A program made the translations under genes and the position numbers. Under the pieces are notes generated by a model. The model was not told the DNA's origin. It saw only the letters and a list, made by a program, of their open reading frames with translations, and did not search any database. Positions 56,856 through 64,000 of a stretch of DNA of 64,000 bases are shown one piece after another; the stretch's first letter is position 1, and each line of letters opens with the position of its first letter. The DNA is from Patescibacteria group bacterium (GTDB lineage: Bacteria > Patescibacteriota > Minisyncoccia > Phycocordibacterales > XYD1-FULL-46-19): assembly GCA_048617235.1 (NCBI GenBank), contig JBMCHT010000003.1, forward strand, positions 17,958 through 81,957, in the 5' to 3' direction.

Positions 56856-58385
56856 ATGGAAACCTTAACCTTTCTAATTATCCTGGCTACCATTGGTCTA
56901 GCCGGAGCGGTTTTTGGCTATATTCTAAGGTGGTTGATAACCTTAGGTCAAAAAGGCTCAGTTGAGTTGACCATTAAACAAAAATTACTGGAAGCCAAGG
57001 ATCAAGCACAACAAATTATTGCTGAAGCCGAACATGAAGCGGCTGAGACTTTAAAAGAGTCTAAAACCAAGCAACAAGAAAAAGAATCCCAATTAAACAA
57101 ATTGGAAAATCGTTTATTGAAAAAAGACGAGCTTTTAGATCAAAGACAAGCAGAGATTTATAAAGAAACTGAAAATCTCAAAACCCAAAACCAAGAAATA
57201 GAAAAATTAAAAGAAGAAACCTTGGCTTTAAAAGAAAAAACGGAACAAGAATTATCCAGAATTGGAGAGTTAACTCCGGAAGAAGCCAAAGAAGAATTGT
57301 TTGCTGCTATAGAAAAACAATATGAAGAAGACTTATTGATTCGATCTCGAAAATTGGAAAATCAAGCCGGGGAAACCTTAGAAAGAAAGGCTAAAGACAT
57401 CCTATCTACTTCTATTCAAAGACTAGCCAGTTCCACTGCTCCGGAAATTATGTCCACCTCGGTTGATCTGCCATCTGAAGATGTTAAGGGAAAGATTATC
57501 GGGAAAGAAGGTAGAAATATAAGAGCCTTTGAACGAGCCACCGGAGTGGAAGTTATTATTGATGACACCCCTGGAGCCATTATTTTATCTTCATTTGACC
57601 CCATTAGACGCCAAGTAGCTAAGGTAGCCCTGAAAACCCTGCTTTTAGACGGTCGAGTTCAACCGGCCAAAATTGAAGAAGTAGTCAATAAAGCTAAAGA
57701 AGATATTTCCAAAATCATTAAAGAAAAAGGAGAACAAGCCGCTTTTGAAGTGGGAGTACTTAACTTAGACCCCCGAATTCTTTTAATTTTAGGAAGACTT
57801 CATTTCCGTACCAGTTATGGCCAAAATGTACTTCAACACTCAATTGAAATGGCTCACCTGGCCGGTATGCTGGCTGAGGAGTTGGAAGCGGATATCCAAG
57901 TAGCCAAAGCCGGGGCTTTGCTTCACGATATTGGTAAAGCGGTAGATCATGAAGTAACCGGCAGTCATGTAGAAATAGGCAGAAGAATATTGGAAAAATT
58001 TGGAGCCGGAGAAGCTATCATTAAAGCTATGCAATCACATCACGAAGAATATCCTTATGAAACCATTGAATCAATTATTGTCCAAACCGCCGATTCCATC
58101 TCCGGTGGCCGACCGGGAGCGCGTCGTGACAGTTTGGAAAATTATCTCAAACGCTTGAAAGACTTGGAAGATATTGCTAATTCTTTTTCGGGAATTGAAA
58201 AGAGCTTTGCTATTGCTGCCGGTCGCGAAATTAGAGTTTTTGTTCACCCGAAAGAAGTTTCCGATTTGGAAGCTAAAAAAATCGCTCGCCAAATCGCTGA
58301 TAAAATAGAAAAAGACTTGAAATACCCCGGAGAAATCAAAGTTAACATGATTAGAGAATCACGAGTGATAGAATATGCCCGTTAG
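56856..58385 (+). CDS. rny: Ribonuclease Y
   Basis: N-terminal TM helix, long coiled coil, KH domain (GKIIGKEGRNIRAFE), HD domain (LLHDIGK). 509 aa. Confidence 0.92.
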   Translation: METLTFLIILATIGLAGAVFGYILRWLITLGQKGSVELTIKQKLLEAKDQAQQIIAEAEHEAAETLKESKTKQQEKESQLNKLENRLLKKDELLDQRQAEIYKETENLKTQNQEIEKLKEETLALKEKTEQELSRIGELTPEEAKEELFAAIEKQYEEDLLIRSRKLENQAGETLERKAKDILSTSIQRLASSTAPEIMSTSVDLPSEDVKGKIIGKEGRNIRAFERATGVEVIIDDTPGAIILSSFDPIRRQVAKVALKTLLLDGRVQPAKIEEVVNKAKEDISKIIKEKGEQAAFEVGVLNLDPRILLILGRLHFRTSYGQNVLQHSIEMAHLAGMLAEELEADIQVAKAGALLHDIGKAVDHEVTGSHVEIGRRILEKFGAGEAIIKAMQSHHEEYPYETIESIIVQTADSISGGRPGARRDSLENYLKRLKDLEDIANSFSGIEKSFAIAAGREIRVFVHPKEVSDLEAKKIARQIADKIEKDLKYPGEIKVNMIRESRVIEYAR

Positions 58386-58496
58386 ACACCCCTGGTTTAA
58401 AACTATTGCTAGACTTGAATATTAAGGATATACTTTAAATAGAAACTAAAGGGTCGTTGATTATCAATATTATTATCATTTTAAGTTAAAAATAAT

Positions 58497-58769
58497 ATGA
58501 ATAAACAAGCTATTGTTGAAGCCGTTCACAACAATTTGGGCGGTAAGAAAGTAGATGCTGAAAAAGCCGTGGATACGGTTGTAGATTCCATTGTTTCCAC
58601 TTTAAAACAAGGTGGAGAAGTATCTATTGCCGGATTGGGTATTTTCTCTACTAAAGAAAGAGCAGCTCGAACTGCTCGTAATCCACGAACCGGCGAAACT
58701 GTTCAAGTGCCGGCTATGCGTGTTCCCAAATTCAGAGCTGCTAAAGCTCTGAAAGATGCTGTCAAATAA
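58497..58769 (+). CDS. hup: DNA-binding protein HU
   Basis: 90 aa. Conserved HU arm RNPRTGETVQVPA. Confidence 0.93.
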   Translation: MNKQAIVEAVHNNLGGKKVDAEKAVDTVVDSIVSTLKQGGEVSIAGLGIFSTKERAARTARNPRTGETVQVPAMRVPKFRAAKALKDAVK

Positions 58770-58791
58770 AAAAACAGTCACAACATTATAC

Positions 58792-58828
58792 AAAAACCGC
58801 CAAAGGAATAGGCGGTTTTTGTTTTTTA
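58792..58828. terminator. Bidirectional intrinsic terminator between hup (+) and the aminotransferase (-)
   Basis: AACCGCC-AAAGGAATA-GGCGGTT stem-loop with T-runs on both strands. Confidence 0.7.
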
Positions 58829-58836
58829 ATTTAAGT

Positions 58837-59664
58837 TTACAATTTTAAATAATTATCAAATTCAATCATTAAAGCTTGGGTTATGGAACCGGGGCAACCG
58901 TTGGCTATTGTTTGTTCATCTATTTTAACTATCGGCACTATTTTTTTATTGGTAGCGGTAATAAAAATCTCATCAGCTTGACTCAACTCCTTGGTTTTAA
59001 TTGGTTTTAAATCAACTTTCAAGCCCAAATTTTTAGCTAAAACCTTAATTACCACTTGTCGGGTAATACCATTTAAGATTCCCTCCGCTGGAGTTATTAA
59101 TTTTCCTTTTTTAACCAAAAAAATATTACTGGTAGAACACTCAAAAACTTGACCGTTAATTATATACAAAATTTCCACAGCTTTAGATTGTAAACGACGC
59201 TTCATTAAAGAAATAGCGGTTAAATAATTAGTATTTTTAGTCTCAGGTAAAAAACGGGAATATTCATAAGTAATTAATTTACCTCCCCGAATATATATTT
59301 GTTTAGGTAATTCATATAAATCTTCCACTAAAACAAAAAAGGAAGGTTGATCAGCTGTCATACCATCAACTGAAGCACCAGCTGTTAAAACCAGCCGAAA
59401 ACTGGCCTCCTTAAGTTTATTTTTCTTCAATAAAACAATAACCAATTCTTCCAATTCTTGAAAACTGATGGGAATTTTAAAACCCAAGGTTTTTACCGAT
59501 CGACAAAAACGATCATAATGATCTTTTAAATGAAAAGGGATTCCATTATAAGTCCGAAAAAAGTCAAACACTCCTACCCCTCTCAAAACCGCCAAATCAT
59601 TAACCGGAACTTGAGCTTCTTCCATTTTAACTATTTTCCCGTTGGCAAAACAATAATTTTTCAT
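58837..59664 (-). CDS. Class IV aminotransferase (branched-chain amino acid / D-amino acid aminotransferase family)
   Basis: Fold-type IV PLP enzyme length (275 aa) and conserved N-terminal region (ANGKIV...VLRGVGVFD). Confidence 0.7.
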   Translation of the reverse strand: MKNYCFANGKIVKMEEAQVPVNDLAVLRGVGVFDFFRTYNGIPFHLKDHYDRFCRSVKTLGFKIPISFQELEELVIVLLKKNKLKEASFRLVLTAGASVDGMTADQPSFFVLVEDLYELPKQIYIRGGKLITYEYSRFLPETKNTNYLTAISLMKRRLQSKAVEILYIINGQVFECSTSNIFLVKKGKLITPAEGILNGITRQVVIKVLAKNLGLKVDLKPIKTKELSQADEIFITATNKKIVPIVKIDEQTIANGCPGSITQALMIEFDNYLKL

Positions 59665-59668
59665 AAAG

Positions 59669-59739
59669 TGCGGGATGGGAGAATCGAACTCCCGTCTACT
59701 GCTTGGAAGGCAGTCATTCTACCACTAAACTAATCCCGC
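59669..59739 (-). tRNA. tRNA-Gly (anticodon UCC)
   Basis: Reverse complement GCGGGAT-TA-GTTTAGTGGTAGAAT-G-ACTGC-CTTCCAA-GCAGT-AGAC-GGGAG-TTCGATT-CTCCC-ATCCCGC-A forms a cloverleaf. Anticodon TCC. Confidence 0.85.
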
Positions 59740-59847
59740 CACACCTTTAAAAACACTTCATTCTAGCACAAAAAATCAATTAGCCAAGTTTTGGCTTAAA
59801 AGCTGAATTTTTAACTTTTTATTGTTTTTTATCATCGTTATCACTTT

Positions 59848-60246
59848 TCAAATCCAACCAACCACTAAACTCCCCGTTTTTTTATAAAGAGCTGCCCGAC
59901 CACCTGCCGGTAATTTAGCACCGGGCTCTAAAACCTTTCCTATAGCTTCCTCCTTCTCATTAACAGGTATAACCATATTATCTGTATCTCTTATCTGTTG
60001 ATTAACATAAATTGATGCACCGTCCAAAGGTCCGTCTTTTAACCCCACAATATCGGCTAAACCTAAAAAACTACCATCTTTTTGGTATTCGGCCGCCATT
60101 TTTTCAGATAACCCTATAAAAAAACTAATATCTTCAGTTAAAGGCTTTTCAATTACCATCCCATTTAAAGACCCCCCGTTTAATATTAAACCGGGTCTTT
60201 CTTTTGATTCTCCTTCTTCAAAAGGAGACCACTCATTTTCAAACAT
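59848..60246 (-). CDS. Hypothetical protein (132 aa)
   Basis: ORF between the tRNA genes. Gly-rich, no recognised motif. Confidence 0.35.
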   Translation of the reverse strand: MFENEWSPFEEGESKERPGLILNGGSLNGMVIEKPLTEDISFFIGLSEKMAAEYQKDGSFLGLADIVGLKDGPLDGASIYVNQQIRDTDNMVIPVNEKEEAIGKVLEPGAKLPAGGRAALYKKTGSLVVGWI

Positions 60247-60467
60247 AATTTAATTTCTTATTAAATATAATACTTTATTATAACAGTAAAAACTAAAAAT
60301 AAAAATTTAGTCTTTTTTATTCAAAAAAGTTATAGATAATTAAAAAATCTAGAAACAATCACAAGAAATTTAAAAAACTGAAACAATGTCCACATAAAGA
60401 CATTATTCAAGATCGTTTAGTAATAACTAAAAATGGTACCGAGATTGGGTTATATCTCAATATATTA

Positions 60468-60788
60468 TTATTTTTTGAATACAGCGACTGAAATTAATTC
60501 TTGCAATAAATCTAATAATTCCTTTGTTTCTTGGTTGATTTCTTTTTCAGGAGTATCACCTTCTTCTGCTATAGGAAATACTTTATTTACAATTTCCTTT
60601 CTAAATTCATCAAACTGCTTAATTTCATCATTGTTCATTTTTACAATTTCTCCACTATCTCTTAATTTAATTAAGGCAGAAGAAATAGCCGACCAGTTCT
60701 CTTGCTCAATTAAATCTCTGAATTGTTTTATATACTTATTATCTCCCTCCGACTCCTGGGATGAAAAAACATTGGATTCTCTTGTCAT
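60468..60788 (-). CDS. Hypothetical protein (106 aa, acidic, helical)
   Basis: AT-rich ORF only. No recognised motif. Confidence 0.3.
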   Translation of the reverse strand: MTRESNVFSSQESEGDNKYIKQFRDLIEQENWSAISSALIKLRDSGEIVKMNNDEIKQFDEFRKEIVNKVFPIAEEGDTPEKEINQETKELLDLLQELISVAVFKK

Positions 60789-60879
60789 AAATATTTTGTT
60801 AGTTAATTATTATTGATTCCTATTTAATTTATATCATCAATCAATAAATATTTCCAGTTTTGATAAAATCTTAATTCGG

Positions 60880-60952
60880 TCGGGCTGCCGGGATTCGAAC
60901 CCGGAATCACACGAACCCGAATCGTGTATGTTAGCCGTTACACTACAGCCCG
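60880..60952 (-). tRNA. tRNA-Pro (anticodon CGG)
   Basis: Cloverleaf with anticodon stem CACGA/TCGTG and loop TTCGGGT (G37). T-arm CCGGG-TTCGAAT-CCCGG. Confidence 0.8.
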
Positions 60953-60960
60953 AATAATTA

Positions 60961-61034
60961 ATGGTCGGGGTACCCGGAATCGAACCGAGGCCACACCCAC
61001 CCCATGGGCGCATACTACCACTGTACTATACCCC
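60961..61034 (-). tRNA. tRNA-Pro (anticodon GGG), CCA encoded
   Basis: Cloverleaf with anticodon stem CGCCC/GGGTG and loop ATGGGGT. T-loop TTCGATT. 3'-ACCA encoded. Confidence 0.7.
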
Positions 61035-61107
61035 GAATTCAACAATACCAAAATAGCACAAAAGATTTATTTGTGCATTCCAACAAAAACATATAAAATA
61101 AAAACTA

Positions 61108-61120
61108 GAAAGGAGGTGAT
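61108..61120 (+). promoter_or_regulatory. Strong Shine-Dalgarno GAAAGGAGGTGAT 4 nt before the ATG of a small ORF
   Basis: Perfect anti-SD complement, unlike the SD-less native genes. Confidence 0.55.
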
Positions 61121-61123
61121 CCT

Positions 61124-61387
61124 ATGCTTAAATATTTGCCGGTGCCGATCATTAAAAAAGTTGTTTTCGGCCCCCGTCATTGCAGAATTGAACATATGGG
61201 AAAATTGGGAAACAAAAAACGCATAAAAATCAGCCTGGATCCGGATATTTATAATGGCTTGGATCCTATATGGTTAATTTTGAGTATTGGTTCCCGAATT
61301 CGTTTAATTGACTCAATTGGTATTGATCAACAAACCATAAAAAAGGTTAAAAAAATCCTTACCAACTATAACCGCCAACAAACATAA
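61124..61387 (+). CDS. Small hypothetical protein (87 aa) with strong SD
   Basis: ORF MLKYLPVPIIKKVVFGPRHCRIEHMGKLGNKKRIKISLDPD... No family recognised. Confidence 0.4.
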   Translation: MLKYLPVPIIKKVVFGPRHCRIEHMGKLGNKKRIKISLDPDIYNGLDPIWLILSIGSRIRLIDSIGIDQQTIKKVKKILTNYNRQQT

Positions 61388-61445
61388 AAAACGACATCCT
61401 GTTCCACCTCCATAGCCACTTAATTTATCTTTAAATTGAGTGGCT

Positions 61446-62411
61446 TTAACCTCTGTATAAAATATAAAAAAGATAAACTAAATAAACAACTAAAAACAAA
61501 AATCCTTGCCAACGAGTCAAAATATAACGCCGCCCGACAAACATCGCTCCCAAAAGTAAAATAGCTGCCACAAAGGTTATTAAGATATCAAACTGTAAAT
61601 CAGTTGAAAAGGTAAGCGGGGTAAATAAAGCCGCTACTCCAAAAATGGCCAAGAAATCAAAAATAGCAGAACCAATAATATTTCCCACCGCAATACTCCC
61701 CTGTCGGCGATAAATAGCCGCTACCGATACTGTCAACTCCGGCAAAGAAGTTCCAATACCCACTATAGTTAAACCAACCAAGCCGGAACTCAAACCCAAG
61801 ACTCCGGCCAAAGCCAAACCACCGGTAACCACCCAATGACCACCGACAAAAACTCCGACAATTCCGGCAATTATCATTATTATAGATAAAGATAAAGTCA
61901 GAGTCCGATAACCGCTTTCTTCATCTTCATCCACCATATCTATTCCCCGTCGACGATAAAGCATATACCACAACCAAACTCCAAACATAATAAGTAATAA
62001 CACTCCCTCTTCCAAAGTAATACCCACAAAAGCCGGGTCTCCTAAAACCGGATAAAAAGCCAACCAAGTAGCTCCACCTAAAGTCAAAACATTAAAAACA
62101 AAATCTTGCTTAACCCAAACCTTTTTCATAACTACCGGACTAATTAAGGATACAATTCCTAAAATAACCAAAATATTAAAAGTATTTGAGCCAACTATTA
62201 CCCCTAAACCTAAATCAGCTTCCTGCCATAGAGAAGCCATAGTAATACTTAATTCCGGAATAGAGGTTCCTATACCCACTATCACCAAGCCAATAACCCA
62301 AGGTGAAACATTAAAAATTTTAGCCAAAGAAGCCGAGCCATTTATTAAAATATTGGCTCCTTTAATTAAAATATAAAAACCAATTATAAATAAAAAACTC
62401 TGAATTAGCAT
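61446..62411 (-). CDS. Ca2+/cation antiporter, CaCA (YrbG-like) family
   Basis: Two alpha-repeat signatures GTSIPELSIT and GTSLPELTVS. About 10 TM helices. 321 aa. Confidence 0.8.
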   Translation of the reverse strand: MLIQSFLFIIGFYILIKGANILINGSASLAKIFNVSPWVIGLVIVGIGTSIPELSITMASLWQEADLGLGVIVGSNTFNILVILGIVSLISPVVMKKVWVKQDFVFNVLTLGGATWLAFYPVLGDPAFVGITLEEGVLLLIMFGVWLWYMLYRRRGIDMVDEDEESGYRTLTLSLSIIMIIAGIVGVFVGGHWVVTGGLALAGVLGLSSGLVGLTIVGIGTSLPELTVSVAAIYRRQGSIAVGNIIGSAIFDFLAIFGVAALFTPLTFSTDLQFDILITFVAAILLLGAMFVGRRYILTRWQGFLFLVVYLVYLFYILYRG

Positions 62412-62420
62412 AATCTTAAA

Positions 62421-63992
62421 CTAATTGCTAAACATTTCATCTTCAACCGGCAAAGGCAAATTCTCATTATTGTCGGATAAATCACCAAACAACAATGAAC
62501 TGAGTTCTTTTATATTTACAGAATCAACCGGAACCCTAATTTCCTCCACTTGATTCCAGTCACTAAAATTCTGTTGATAATCAACATTAATTTCCGAATC
62601 TAAATCAGGTAAAATCAATTTTCCGGTCAAAGTCATTTGTTTAATTAACTTCTCTTCTTGATCTATCCAAACCGCATAACTAAAATCAGACAATGACTCC
62701 AAATTATCGGTAATTTCCAACTTTTTTCGTTTGAAGATCTCAACCTTCTCAGAAGTCAAATAACGTTCTGCCTCCTCTTCTAACCACGATAATAAATTAT
62801 CCTTATCTAAACCAACCTTAAAATGATACATTGGCTGACCGTCTATGTTAGCCACAGCGGTATTGGTTAAGTTTTCAATTATCAAAGATTCTGATGAAAT
62901 AAAAGACTCTTGACTGGATTGTAATTTATCAAGATTAATTTCAATTCCCAAAAAGGCTAATTCTTCAGAAATATTATCAATTAAATATTCTATCTGAGAA
63001 TTAATGTCCATTTCACGAACCCTGACAATATCTACCGGTATCTGATCTACTTCTATCCAAGAATTCAGTAAAACGTCAACCGTAGAGGTGGATAGACGAT
63101 CAGTTGCTAATGTTTCCACGGTCTCCGGCCATTCCAATAAGCGAAAATACATATCCTTGTCTGCCAACACTAATTCTATTTGCCAAGCAGTCATCAAACC
63201 GTTTAACCACTCCGCCGGTGATTGATTGTCTGAATCAAAACCGAGATCTACCAATTCTGCCTGAATCTTGGCTGCCAGTGATTCCGGTTCCGCTTCAGCT
63301 AATAATAAACTATCCACTAAATCATTATCTAAATTCCAATCGGGAGAAACAACTCCTTTCAACCTAACTCGGCCTTGATTAGTATCCGTATCCACCAGTA
63401 ATGTAAAACCTGAAAAATCATAAGCTGTTAATAAAGACCTTAGCCACTCCACATCATCATCTGTCAGATCAGATATCTCTAAATTACCTAAATTCATACT
63501 AAAACCGGCTCCTAACATATCTTGAACTTCTGTCAGCGATTCATCCAACATGGAATCAACATCTTGACTGTTCATTTTTATTTCCAAATAACTATTTGTT
63601 GACCAAGACTCCAGATTAGTTTGATTATCCCCGACCTCAGCCATCAAATCCCAAAAAGATAAAGAATCGTTCTGTTTCTGCCAATACCACCAACCGGCAG
63701 CCGAAACAACACCTATAAAAATCAATAAACCAAACCCAATAAACAACCATACCCACCACGGTTTAGAATGTTTATAATCCTCTTTCTCCATTTTAGCCCA
63801 AGTATCATTTCCAGGGTTGGAATAAGTTTTATTTTTCAAATCTGGTTCATCCAAACTCTCATCTTCATCACTTTGATTAACCACTCCCGTATCGGCTTTC
63901 ATTTTAGGTTCAGTAACAAAATTTTGAACACTATCAACATTATCTTCAGGTTTTTGTTCTTCACTTTTTATCTCCTGCCAAGCTGTCTCCAA
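62421..63992 (-). CDS. Large hypothetical acidic single-pass membrane protein
   Basis: Acidic N-terminus, TM helix WWVWLFIGFGLLIFIGVVSAAGWWYW, then a 400-aa Asp/Glu/Leu-rich domain. 523 aa. Confidence 0.45.
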   Translation of the reverse strand: METAWQEIKSEEQKPEDNVDSVQNFVTEPKMKADTGVVNQSDEDESLDEPDLKNKTYSNPGNDTWAKMEKEDYKHSKPWWVWLFIGFGLLIFIGVVSAAGWWYWQKQNDSLSFWDLMAEVGDNQTNLESWSTNSYLEIKMNSQDVDSMLDESLTEVQDMLGAGFSMNLGNLEISDLTDDDVEWLRSLLTAYDFSGFTLLVDTDTNQGRVRLKGVVSPDWNLDNDLVDSLLLAEAEPESLAAKIQAELVDLGFDSDNQSPAEWLNGLMTAWQIELVLADKDMYFRLLEWPETVETLATDRLSTSTVDVLLNSWIEVDQIPVDIVRVREMDINSQIEYLIDNISEELAFLGIEINLDKLQSSQESFISSESLIIENLTNTAVANIDGQPMYHFKVGLDKDNLLSWLEEEAERYLTSEKVEIFKRKKLEITDNLESLSDFSYAVWIDQEEKLIKQMTLTGKLILPDLDSEINVDYQQNFSDWNQVEEIRVPVDSVNIKELSSLLFGDLSDNNENLPLPVEDEMFSN

Positions 63993-64000
63993 CTCAGCTA

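Overview
The window is a low-GC (about 35-40% by eye), gene-dense bacterial chromosome segment, coded mostly on the minus strand, with hallmarks of a reduced Patescibacteria/CPR-like genome. It carries the S10-spc-secY ribosomal supercluster (rpsJ to rplO, with no L30 gene between rpsE and rplO), secY-adk-map, a str operon (rpsL-rpsG-fusA-tuf), infC-rpmI-rplT, smpB plus tmRNA, nusA, tig-clpP, rny, hup, pgk-tpiA, recJ, rnhA and ftsH-truB. It also holds a type IV pilus block (pilB, pilC, three prepilins, a PilX-like giant minor pilin), a split ComEC, four tRNAs and a two-component pair. Native genes have essentially no Shine-Dalgarno sequences. Three sharply GC-richer islands (about 3.1-4.9 kb, 11.85-14.1 kb, 53.27-54.4 kb) carry genes with strong SDs and their own hairpin terminators: pyrF-pyrE, a SAM-methyltransferase with a FadL/OmpP1-type outer-membrane beta-barrel, and a secreted Trp-tailed protein. 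These look horizontally acquired, or are possibly assembly chimeras. Other unusual items are a secreted acidic-repeat, cysteine-rich protein inserted between fusA and tuf; an 832-aa tail-fibre-like surface protein with a perfect 204-bp in-frame tandem duplication beside the pilus genes; several acidic single-pass membrane proteins; a trigger factor with no PPIase domain; uL24 with a C-terminal zinc ribbon; and a tRNA-Ile with anticodon UAU. No rRNA, CRISPR array or obvious mobile-element genes are visible.
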